A stretch of 64,000 nt of DNA. Source: Actinomycetota bacterium (GTDB lineage: Bacteria; Actinomycetota; Thermoleophilia; Gaiellales; Gaiellaceae). The notes under the pieces are model-generated. The model was not told where the DNA came from. It made no database searches and saw only the letters and a program-made list of their open reading frames with translations. Location: the NCBI GenBank assembly GCA_046733845.1, contig JBKPPY010000020.1, positions 5,534-69,533 on the forward strand, read 5' to 3'. This document shows positions 29,690 through 37,438 of the stretch, piece by piece. Positions within the stretch are counted from its first letter, which is position 1, and every line of letters begins with the position of its first letter. A program made the translations under genes and the position numbers.

Positions 29690-30792
29690 AGCTCCTCCCC
29701 CGGCCTGTAGATCTTGATCGGCACCTGCGAGAGCGGCTTCCCGCCGTCGGGCGTGACGAGCCAGGTGTCCTGCATGTAGAGACACGTCTTCTCGTCCTTC
29801 GTGATCGCGTGCGGGTGCATGGAGACCACCATGCTCTCGCGCAGCTCGACCTCGATTCCCTCCCCGACGCGAGGGTGCTCGATCATGGTCATCCCGATCG
29901 AGTGGCCGGTCACGTGGCCGAGAGTGAAGCCACGGTCGAGGAAGGGCTTCGAGACGGCAGTGTGGACGTCGTGCGCGCTCGCGCCGGCCTTCATCGTCTG
30001 CTCGGCGGCCTCGAAGTACTCACCGTAGGCCTCGAGCGCGGAGAGGGTCGCCGCGTTCGGCTTCCCGGCACAGATCGGGCGTGAGAACTCCACCCAGTGC
30101 CCGCCCGGCCCGGCGATCTCGAGACCGTAGAGCAGGAGATCGTCTTGCCCGACCGGGCGCAGTGACGGGAACTTGAACTCCGGCCCGGCACCGCCGTTCT
30201 CCCCGGTCAGGACCATGTCCATCGTCGTCCGGTAGGTGCCGGCGGCGGCGAAGACACGCTCCGCGACGCCCATCAGCTCGGCCTCGGTCTTGCCGACCTC
30301 GTACGCCTCGAGCACCGCGCGGACGCCGTCCTCGTTGATCCGGAAGCTCTCGCGCACCGACTCGAGCTCCTCCTCGCTCTTCACCGCGCGGGCGAGGTCG
30401 AAGCCCTGGTCCCAAGGGATGGCGACGTCGGCGAGTGGACGGTAGTCGCGCACGGGCATCACGTAGTCGACTCCGTAGACACCGATCCGCTCGAATCCTC
30501 GGTCGGCGATCCACTGCCCTGGGTGCTCGGAGAAGACCTTGTCCTCGATCCACGCCTCCGAGTGGTCGCCGACCCAGCGCGCCTCCTTTGGAAACACGAC
30601 CGAGGGTTCGCCCTCGACCGGCAGGACGACGTAGGCGTATCGGTGCAGGATCCGGAAGCCTGACAGGTAGCGCACCGCACCCTCGAACCCGGTGTACTCG
30701 GAGCCGGCGACGACGACCGCGTCCAGACCGTCGCGAGCCGCGGCATCTCGCACATTGGCGTATCGGCGCTCGATCTCCTGCGTGCTCGTCAT
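29686..30792 (-). CDS. M24-family peptidase (creatinase / Xaa-Pro aminopeptidase-like)
   Basis: From ATG 30792 (ATGA overlap) the sequence reads MTSTQEIERRYANVRDAAARDGLDAVVVAG. The C-terminal region has a pita-bread fold (GHVTGHSIGMTMIEHP). Confidence 0.8.
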   Translation of the reverse strand: MTSTQEIERRYANVRDAAARDGLDAVVVAGSEYTGFEGAVRYLSGFRILHRYAYVVLPVEGEPSVVFPKEARWVGDHSEAWIEDKVFSEHPGQWIADRGFERIGVYGVDYVMPVRDYRPLADVAIPWDQGFDLARAVKSEEELESVRESFRINEDGVRAVLEAYEVGKTEAELMGVAERVFAAAGTYRTTMDMVLTGENGGAGPEFKFPSLRPVGQDDLLLYGLEIAGPGGHWVEFSRPICAGKPNAATLSALEAYGEYFEAAEQTMKAGASAHDVHTAVSKPFLDRGFTLGHVTGHSIGMTMIEHPRVGEGIEVELRESMVVSMHPHAITKDEKTCLYMQDTWLVTPDGGKPLSQVPIKIYRPGEEL

Positions 30793-31703
30793 GTCCAGGT
30801 GTCCTCCATTCCCTTGACCAGCTCGGTGAGTGCGCGGTTCAGCGGTGTGTCGACGCCGAGGCGATCGCCGAAGACGGCGATCGCGCCGTTCAAGAAGTCG
30901 ATCTCGGTCGCGCGGCGCGCCTCGACGTCCTGGAGCATGCTGGGCTTGTGCCCGTAGGCGACGTCCTGACGGGCGGCGTGGTCGAACAGCTCCTCCGGGC
31001 TCATGTCGAGCGTGATCCCCTGCGCGTCCGCGACTGCTCTGCCCTCGGCCATCACACCCCAGGCGAGCTTGCGCGTCGGCTGCTCGGCCACCTGCCCGTG
31101 CGTCCGGCCGGTCAGCGCGGCGATCGCGTTTGACCCGGCGTTGAAGATCAGCTTGCGCCACTGAGCGCCCCGGGCGTCTTCGAGCGCATGCGTCGGCATG
31201 CCCGCCCGAGTGCAGGCGTCGGCGAGCGCTTCGACCTTCTGCATGGGCGCCGGCCTCGGTTCGAACGGACCGATGTGCGTGTCGCCCTTCGTGTCCCAAC
31301 CGACGTGGCCCGGTTCGATCACGTGCCCGGCCGGGAAGGTCGTGCCGCGGATCACCTCACGAACGTGCTCTGCAATCAGCTCCTCGTTGCCGGCGCCGTT
31401 CTGCACCGAGCAGACGGCTCCCTGCTCGAAGGCATGGGCGGTCGCCGCGAGCGCTTCCGACGTGTGCATGCTCTTCACGGCCACGATGCCGAGGTCCGAG
31501 GACGGGAGCTCGGTCGGGTCGGCGGTCGCCCGCACGCGGCCGACGACCTCACCTGCGCCGGACAGCCTGAGCCCGTGCGCGTTGATCGCGTCGACGTGCT
31601 CCTGCCAGGGGTCGTACGCCCAGACCTCGACGTCGCCGAGCGTGCCGAGGTTGGCCGCGAAGAGCGAGCCGACCGCGCCACAGCCGATCACCGCAATCCT
31701 CAC
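30789..31703 (-). CDS. 2-dehydropantoate 2-reductase (ketopantoate reductase/ApbA) family protein, paralogue 2
   Basis: From GTG 31703 (GTGA overlap) the sequence reads VRIAVIGCGAVGSLFAANLG. ApbA_C-type C-terminus. Confidence 0.8.
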   Translation of the reverse strand: MRIAVIGCGAVGSLFAANLGTLGDVEVWAYDPWQEHVDAINAHGLRLSGAGEVVGRVRATADPTELPSSDLGIVAVKSMHTSEALAATAHAFEQGAVCSVQNGAGNEELIAEHVREVIRGTTFPAGHVIEPGHVGWDTKGDTHIGPFEPRPAPMQKVEALADACTRAGMPTHALEDARGAQWRKLIFNAGSNAIAALTGRTHGQVAEQPTRKLAWGVMAEGRAVADAQGITLDMSPEELFDHAARQDVAYGHKPSMLQDVEARRATEIDFLNGAIAVFGDRLGVDTPLNRALTELVKGMEDTWT

Positions 31704-32644
31704 GCCTCCTCCCGGGCCTTGACCAGCCGGTACATGGCCGTGTGGAGCGGTACCGGGACGCCGTGTCGCCCGGCCTCCCGTACGAGCGCGCCGGTGATGA
31801 AGTCGATCTCGGTCGGGCGGGCCGCGCGCACGTCCTCGAGCATCGACGGGACATGGGCGTAGTGCCCCTCGGCGGCGAGCGTCTCGCCCCGGCGGACGGC
31901 GTGGACATTCATCTCCCACGGATCTTCGTGGAGCTCGACACCGGCGGCAGCGGCAACCGCGTTCCCCTCGTCCATCAGGTCGTGGACTAGATGGCCGAGA
32001 TCGGTCTGGTGGTCGCGGGCCGCGAACGCGCTCACGTGCGGCAAGTCGGTGAGGGCTGCGACGGTGTTCACGGTCGCGTTGAAGATCAACTTCGACCACT
32101 GGGCCGGGCGGAGGTCGGGGAAGGCGCGGGCGTGCAGGCCGGACGCGACGAGCAGCGCCTCGACCTCCTGCGCCTGCTCGTACGTTGCGGTGTCCGCGAA
32201 CGGGCCGAGCCAGGTCTCGGTGTCGAGCTCGTACTCGACGTGCGCGTCCCCGTGGCGCACGCCGCTCATGAATGTGACCGCGGAGAGCAGCCGCCAGCTG
32301 CCGTGCTCGCGGACGAGCTCCTCGGCACCCAGGCCGTTCTGGATCGTCATCATCGTGGCGCCGGGAAAACGACCCGCGAGCGCGGCGGCGGCCTCCTCGA
32401 GCTGGGTCGCCTTGGTCGCGATGATCCCGAGGTCGAAATCGCGCAGCTCGGCGGCGTCGGCGGTGGCGCTGACCGACGCGGTGAACTCCGACTTGCCGGA
32501 GATGCGTAGACCCTCGGCGGCAAGCGTGCGCGCATGCTCCTCGCGGCGAGTGAGGACGCTCACGTCCGTGATCCGTGCAAGGTGACCGGCGTAGAGGCTG
32601 CCGATCACCCCGCCGCCGACCACGCAGATGCGCTCGAACGCCAT
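31700..32644 (-). CDS. 2-dehydropantoate 2-reductase (ketopantoate reductase/ApbA) family protein, paralogue 1
   Basis: Begins MAFERICVVGGGVIGSLYAGHLA. ATG 32644 is preferred because of the -10 box 6 nt upstream; GTG 32647 is the alternative. Confidence 0.8.
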   Translation of the reverse strand: MAFERICVVGGGVIGSLYAGHLARITDVSVLTRREEHARTLAAEGLRISGKSEFTASVSATADAAELRDFDLGIIATKATQLEEAAAALAGRFPGATMMTIQNGLGAEELVREHGSWRLLSAVTFMSGVRHGDAHVEYELDTETWLGPFADTATYEQAQEVEALLVASGLHARAFPDLRPAQWSKLIFNATVNTVAALTDLPHVSAFAARDHQTDLGHLVHDLMDEGNAVAAAAGVELHEDPWEMNVHAVRRGETLAAEGHYAHVPSMLEDVRAARPTEIDFITGALVREAGRHGVPVPLHTAMYRLVKAREEA

Positions 32645-32650
32645 CACGAG

Positions 32651-32656
32651 AACCTA
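32651..32656 (-). promoter_or_regulatory. -10 box TAGGTT, 6 nt before ATG 32644 (leaderless-type promoter)
   Basis: Read directly. Forms the near-palindrome CTAACCCGTTAG with the opposing -10 box. Confidence 0.4.
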
Positions 32657-32662
32657 ACCCGT

Positions 32663-32668
32663 TAGCTT
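32663..32668 (+). promoter_or_regulatory. -10 box TAGCTT, 6 nt before GTG 32675 (leaderless-type promoter)
   Basis: Read directly. Confidence 0.4.
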
Positions 32669-32674
32669 CCGACC

Positions 32675-33532
32675 GTGTCCGGGGTCGCTCTCTCGCTTGC
32701 GTCGGCCGTGCTGTTCGGCGGGATGTCGGTCGCGCTCGGCTTCTCCGTGATGCGGAGTCGGGACGCACTCGTGGGCGCGTTCGCGACTGCGTTCAGCGGG
32801 TTCTGCGTGTGCGCGATCGTCGCTCTCCTCGGCCGCGAGTGGGGCGGCGAGCTGTGGCCGTACTTCCTCGCCGGCCTGCTCGCGCCCGGCGGCGCGCAGC
32901 TCCTGTTCGTGCTCGGCGTGCGCGAGGCTGGCCCGGCCCGCGCCTCCGTTATTGCCGGTGCTGCGCCGCTCGTCGCCGTGACGATCGCGATCATCGCGCT
33001 CGGCGAGCCGGCACAGGCGCCGCTGCTGCTCGGGGCGGTGGCGATCGTCGGCGGCGGGGTCGCCCTGATCGCCGAACGGGCTCGGCCGGAGCACTTCCGT
33101 GCGGTCGGGCTCGTCTACGCGTTCGGCTGCACCGTCCTGTTCGCGACGCGAGACAACGTCGTCCGTCACATCGCGTCGGACAGCACCGTGCCGCCGCAGC
33201 TCGCGGCCGCGGCCACGATCCTGTCCGGGACGGTTCTCGTCTTCATCGTCCTGGCGGTCGCGCGCCGCGGCCGGGTTTTCGCCGACATCCGCCGCGAGGG
33301 GCCGCACTTCGTCCTGCCCGGCGTCCTCTGGGGTGCGTCGTACGCCTTCCTCTTCGAGGCCTTCTACCGCTCGCGGGTGACGGTCGTCAGCCCACTCGTG
33401 GCGACCGAGTCGCTGTTCGCGGTTCTGCTTGCCGTCTTGCTCCTCCGCCGCCGCGAGCTCGTCGGACGGCATCTGATCCTCGGCGCGACGCTGGTCGTCG
33501 TCGGAGGCGCGCTGATCGGGGCGTTTCGTTGA
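32675..33532 (+). CDS. EamA/DMT-family transporter
   Basis: About ten hydrophobic segments with a duplicated EamA-type pattern. Confidence 0.8.
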   Translation: MSGVALSLASAVLFGGMSVALGFSVMRSRDALVGAFATAFSGFCVCAIVALLGREWGGELWPYFLAGLLAPGGAQLLFVLGVREAGPARASVIAGAAPLVAVTIAIIALGEPAQAPLLLGAVAIVGGGVALIAERARPEHFRAVGLVYAFGCTVLFATRDNVVRHIASDSTVPPQLAAAATILSGTVLVFIVLAVARRGRVFADIRREGPHFVLPGVLWGASYAFLFEAFYRSRVTVVSPLVATESLFAVLLAVLLLRRRELVGRHLILGATLVVVGGALIGAFR

Positions 33533-33538
33533 CAGGCC

Positions 33539-33673
33539 GTGGACAAGAAATCGCAGTCTTGTTCCAACCCCGGTCTCAGAGACCGGGGCGCAACCGCTGG
33601 AAGCAAGCCAACGCCCCGATCGGCCGGGGACGGATCGTTTCAAGAACGTTTCAGTTCCGGTCTCAGAGACTGG
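33539..33673 (+). repeat. Palindrome-bearing ~135-nt repeat, intergenic copy A
   Basis: Contains a perfect 21-nt palindrome CCCCGGTCTCAGAGACCGGGG (33568..33588) and an imperfect one, CCGGTCTCAGAGACTGG (33657..33673). Collinear with the reverse complement of 47277..47411. Confidence 0.75.
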
Positions 33674-33695
33674 AGACGAACGGCACGAGGCTCGG

Positions 33696-34427
33696 CTAGC
33701 CCCTTTCGGCCGGAAAGCTCCGTGTGCACCACTCGCTCCACGAGCCGGGATACAGCTTCGCGTCCGGTCGGCCCGCCTCCGCGAGGGCGAGCAGGTCGAC
33801 GCACGCCGTGATCCCCGAGCCGCAGTAGACGACGATCTCCTCCGCCTCGGCGATCTCCCGGGGCACTTGGTCCGCCTGCGGGTACGGCCAGTTGACGGCG
33901 CCCGAAATGCGACCGGCTACGGGGTCGATCGGCTCAACCTCGCCGCGGTATCGCTCTGGCACGCGCGCGTCGACGACGGCGAGCCGTAGCTCGCCGAGCC
34001 GCGCGGCGAGCTCGTCCGCCTCGATCGTGTCGCCCGTTCGCTCACGTGGGAGGAACTCAGCCGGCTCGATCGCCTCGTCGCCGCCCCGCAACGGACCCAC
34101 CCATGCCTCGATCCCACCCCGCAGCACCGCGACGTCCTCGTGGCCGAAGTGCCGCAGGAGCCACCACAGGCGGGCGGCCCCACCGGCCCCGCCGTGGTCG
34201 TAGGCGACGACGAAGACGCCCTCGCCGATCCCGGCCCGCCCGGCCGCGGCGGCAAATGCGTCCGGGCTCGGGAGCGGGTGCCGCCCACGCCCCTCGACCC
34301 GCAGATCCGAGAGGTCGTCGATCCCGAGGAAGGACGCGCCCGGAATGTGCTCCTCAAGGTACGCCTCGCGTCCGGCCTCAACCCGGTCGAGCGCGTAGCC
34401 GCAGTCGACGAACTGGTAGCGGATCAG
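33696..34427 (-). CDS. Rhodanese-domain sulfurtransferase (two rhodanese domains); start probably CTG 34427
   Basis: EEHIPGASFL, GRHPLP and the active-site loop VVYCGSGITA. The domain begins directly at LIRYQFVDCG, which coincides with a CTGA overlap on the upstream stop. Confidence 0.7.
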   Translation of the reverse strand: MIRYQFVDCGYALDRVEAGREAYLEEHIPGASFLGIDDLSDLRVEGRGRHPLPSPDAFAAAAGRAGIGEGVFVVAYDHGGAGGAARLWWLLRHFGHEDVAVLRGGIEAWVGPLRGGDEAIEPAEFLPRERTGDTIEADELAARLGELRLAVVDARVPERYRGEVEPIDPVAGRISGAVNWPYPQADQVPREIAEAEEIVVYCGSGITACVDLLALAEAGRPDAKLYPGSWSEWCTRSFPAERG

Positions 34428-35041
34428 TAGAAGCCTTCGCGGCGAGCGTAGCGCTCGGCGCGCTCGGCGTCGTACGTCCCGGCGTCGACGTCCGCCCCGA
34501 CAGAGCACAGCAGCTCGCCGGGGGAGGGCAGCTCGTCCCGTGACACGAAACCCTGGGGATCCCAGAGCTTGGCGCGTAGGAAAGCCTTCGAGCAGTGCGT
34601 GAAGACCTGGTCGATCTCGATGCGCAGCGCCAGCTTCGGAACCTTGCCCTCGACCGCACACGACTCGAGCAGCTCGGAGTCGGTGACGATCGACGCCCGC
34701 CCATTCACGCGCAGCGTGTCGGTCACGCCCGGGACGATGAGCAGGAGCCCGACGTTCGGGTTCTCGAGCACGTTCCGGAGCGAGTCGGCCAGACGGTTGC
34801 CGGGCCGGTCCGGCAGCAGCAGCGTTCGCTCGTCGAGGACCCGGACGAAGCCGGCAGGGTCGCCGCGCGGGCTGACGTCACACGTCCCGTCGGCGGCCGA
34901 AGTGGCCAGACAGAGGAACGGCGATCGCTCGACGAACTGCCGCGTCAGATCGTTGAGACAGTCGGAGACTTTCGAGCGGACGAGCTCCGTCGGCTCGCCG
35001 AGCAGAGAGCGAAGGCTTTCCTCGCCCGCAATCGCGGTCAT
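34424..35041 (-). CDS. Pyridoxamine 5'-phosphate oxidase (PPOX) family FMN-binding protein
   Basis: From ATG 35041 (ATGA overlap) the sequence reads MTAIAGEESLRSLLG...SPFLCLATSAADGTCDVSPRGD. Confidence 0.7.
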   Translation of the reverse strand: MTAIAGEESLRSLLGEPTELVRSKVSDCLNDLTRQFVERSPFLCLATSAADGTCDVSPRGDPAGFVRVLDERTLLLPDRPGNRLADSLRNVLENPNVGLLLIVPGVTDTLRVNGRASIVTDSELLESCAVEGKVPKLALRIEIDQVFTHCSKAFLRAKLWDPQGFVSRDELPSPGELLCSVGADVDAGTYDAERAERYARREGFY

Positions 35042-35784
35042 CGCCGAGAGCCTACCTGCGAGAACAGCTCCGCCTCGTCGGCGTCGCCCCAGGCCAGCGA
35101 CTTGACGAGACCCCAGAGACGCATGCGCTCGCGGTCGAGGCCAAGCGAGTCTGAGAGCACATCGAGCCGCCGGCGCAGCTGCGCGAGCGTCGGGTCGGCG
35201 TCCCGGACGAGCGCAACCGTGTCGTAGGCGGGCTCGGCGACGATCGGCTTCGAATCGATCGCCAGCCACGGCTCTCTTTGCGCACGGAGGAGGTTGCCGC
35301 CGTGCAGGTCCTGGTGGCAGAGGACAAGCTGCTCCTGCGCTGGGAGGAGCTGCCGAATCGCATCGAGCGCCTCGTCGAGAATTCGACCGTGCGGGTAGCT
35401 TCGAGGGAGCTCACGCAGCCACCGGTCGGCGTTCGCCGCCAGCGTCTGCCAGGCGACGTCGGTGGGCGGCTCGCGCCAGAGCCGCTGCATCGCCCGCGCG
35501 GCGATCTCGAGCGACGCGTCGTCGTACTCAGTTCCGAGCGGCGTTCCGGGCACGCAGCGCTCGATCAGCATCGCCCGCATCGCGGGATCGTGGTCGATCA
35601 GCCGCACCGCGCCGTGACCGTCCCAGAATCGGAGCGCGTCGGCCTCATTGATGCTCTCGGTGTCCTCGTCGAGGTGGATCTTCAGGACGGCCTCAGTGCC
35701 GTCGGGGAGACGGACGGGAGCGACGAGCTTCGAGTACGGCGCGACGAACGGTTCGCCGACCTCGAGCTGCCAGGGCAGCTTCAG
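35038..35784 (-). CDS. Aminoglycoside/streptomycin 6-kinase-like phosphotransferase (APH(6)/StrB family); start probably CTG 35784
   Basis: LPDGTEAVLK, ALRFWDGHGAVRL and the catalytic CHQDLHGGNLL..IDSKP. The N-terminus aligns with the StrB-type N-terminus from LKLPWQLEVG. Confidence 0.7.
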   Translation of the reverse strand: MKLPWQLEVGEPFVAPYSKLVAPVRLPDGTEAVLKIHLDEDTESINEADALRFWDGHGAVRLIDHDPAMRAMLIERCVPGTPLGTEYDDASLEIAARAMQRLWREPPTDVAWQTLAANADRWLRELPRSYPHGRILDEALDAIRQLLPAQEQLVLCHQDLHGGNLLRAQREPWLAIDSKPIVAEPAYDTVALVRDADPTLAQLRRRLDVLSDSLGLDRERMRLWGLVKSLAWGDADEAELFSQVGSRR

Positions 35785-36593
35785 TGGGCTCCCTCTGGGG
35801 ACACGGCCAGCGGCAGAACCGTCTCTTCCGGGAACCGCGTCCCGAGGTCGGCGGCGCACGCGGCCGCATCGGCCGCCCAGGCGATTACCGTCGGCCCTGA
35901 TCCGGAGAGGGTCGCTCCGACCGCGCCGGACGGAAGATCCGCCCGAATGGCGTCGAGCAGTGGCGACGGCCGGTACTGCTCGTGCAGCCGGTCCTCGAAC
36001 GCAGCGGCGAGTAGGCCGGCGTTCCCCTGTGCGAGGCCTGCCCCAAGCAGCGCGGCGCGGGCGGCGTTGAACGACGCATCCGCATGCGCCACCTGCCGGG
36101 GCAGCGCCAGGCGCGCCTCCGCCGTGGGGACAAGCTGACGAGGGATCACGGCCACCGGCGTGAGCGGGAGCGATTCCGCCACGCGCTCGATCCGACCGTT
36201 CCAGGTCAGGCAGGCGCCGCCGGAGAGACACGCGGCAAGGTTGTCCGAGTGGCCTTCCAGCGGCCCGCCCCGGGCGAGCAAGTCCTCGAGCGCGAGTTCC
36301 TGGCCCGTCCACTTCATCGCGGCGACCATTCCGAGCGCGATCGTCGCGGCGCTCGAGCCGAGCCCGCGGGCCCGCGGGATCCGGTCGGTCCACACGAAGG
36401 CGAGTCCTTCCGGCGACGCGACAAGCCCGAAAGCTCGGATCCCGATGTGCGTGGGATCGGGCGGGCGGTCGCCGCCCTCGGTCACCTCGACTTCGTTCCA
36501 GAGGTCGAGCGCCACCGCGGCGCAGTCGAAGCCGGGGCCAAGGTTCGCGGTCGTCGCCGGAGCGACCGTTCTGAGGCCACGGCCCTTGCTCAC
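35781..36593 (-). CDS. thrB: Homoserine kinase
   Basis: From GTG 36593 (GTGA overlap) the sequence reads VSKGRGLRTVAPATTANLGPGFDC, with GLGSSAA (GHMP kinase motifs). Confidence 0.85.
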   Translation of the reverse strand: MSKGRGLRTVAPATTANLGPGFDCAAVALDLWNEVEVTEGGDRPPDPTHIGIRAFGLVASPEGLAFVWTDRIPRARGLGSSAATIALGMVAAMKWTGQELALEDLLARGGPLEGHSDNLAACLSGGACLTWNGRIERVAESLPLTPVAVIPRQLVPTAEARLALPRQVAHADASFNAARAALLGAGLAQGNAGLLAAAFEDRLHEQYRPSPLLDAIRADLPSGAVGATLSGSGPTVIAWAADAAACAADLGTRFPEETVLPLAVSPEGAH

Positions 36594-37438
36594 AGCTGCT
36601 CGACTGCGTCCGGGTCCTTCAGCCCGTGGCCGGTGAGGACGCAGACAACCCGGCCGGTCGGACGGACCTGCGCGACCCCGGCCACCCCGGCCGCCGACGC
36701 AAGCTCGCAGAAGACCCCTTCGAGCCGGGCCGTGGACCGCCACCACTCGACCAGCTCGTCGTCGGTCACGGTCACGACGTCGGCGAGCGCTTCCGCCTGC
36801 TCGCGGTGGACGGGGTCGACGATCCTGATCGCCGACGCGGCCGTGTCCGCGCGACGCGCCGCCTGCACGCTGAGGAGCCGCGGCATTCCAGCGCCGGCAC
36901 GCTCGAATCCCATCGCGAACGCACGGGTGTTCCCCCCGCCGCCGTACGGGAGCGCGAGCACGTCGGGGACGCTCCCACCGAGCTGCTCGACGACTTCGAC
37001 CGCCGCCGAGCTCTGCCCCTCGATCCGGTCGGGGTTGATGGAGTTGACGTTCACGAGCCCCTCATCCGCAGCGAGGCGGCGCGCCTCCAGGTGAGCGTCC
37101 TCGAACGTGCCGGAGCGCCTGATCTCCGCTCCGGCGGCGATCGCCTGCGCGATCTTGCCGCGGGCGACCGCTCCTTCCGGCAGCAGCACGATCGCCGGCA
37201 GGCCCGCACGCGCCGCGTAGGCGGCCGCCGACGCAGCCGTGTTGCCGGTCGATGCGACGACGACGCCTGGAGCGCCGCGTTCGACCGCGCGCGAGACGGC
37301 GAGCGCCATCCCGCGGTCCTTCATGCTCCCGGTCGGGTTCGTGCCCTCCCACTTCAGCCAGACCTCGCACCCGAGCCGCTCCGACAGCCGGGGCGCCGCA
37401 AGCAGCGGCGTATTCCCCTCGCCGAGCGTTACGCCCAT
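36590..37438 (-). CDS. thrC: Threonine synthase (compact form, 282 aa)
   Basis: LGEGNTPLL, the PLP-lysine motif NPTGSMKDRG, ASTGNTAASAAAYAARAG and TGHGLKDPD. Overlaps hom by 10 nt. Confidence 0.85.
   Translation of the reverse strand: MGVTLGEGNTPLLAAPRLSERLGCEVWLKWEGTNPTGSMKDRGMALAVSRAVERGAPGVVVASTGNTAASAAAYAARAGLPAIVLLPEGAVARGKIAQAIAAGAEIRRSGTFEDAHLEARRLAADEGLVNVNSINPDRIEGQSSAAVEVVEQLGGSVPDVLALPYGGGGNTRAFAMGFERAGAGMPRLLSVQAARRADTAASAIRIVDPVHREQAEALADVVTVTDDELVEWWRSTARLEGVFCELASAAGVAGVAQVRPTGRVVCVLTGHGLKDPDAVEQL

Noticed and set aside
30789-32768. A single 659-aa ORF covering both ketopantoate-reductase genes.
   Set aside because: The upstream 355 codons are Arg-rich and overlap the paralogue at 31700..32647 in another frame. 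A Rossmann N-terminus appears only at GTG 31703.
36590-37438. thrC as a truncated pseudogene.
   Set aside because: The ORF is intact and tightly coupled to hom and thrB. The PLP-lysine, glycine-rich and C-terminal motifs are all present, so a short functional form is more likely.
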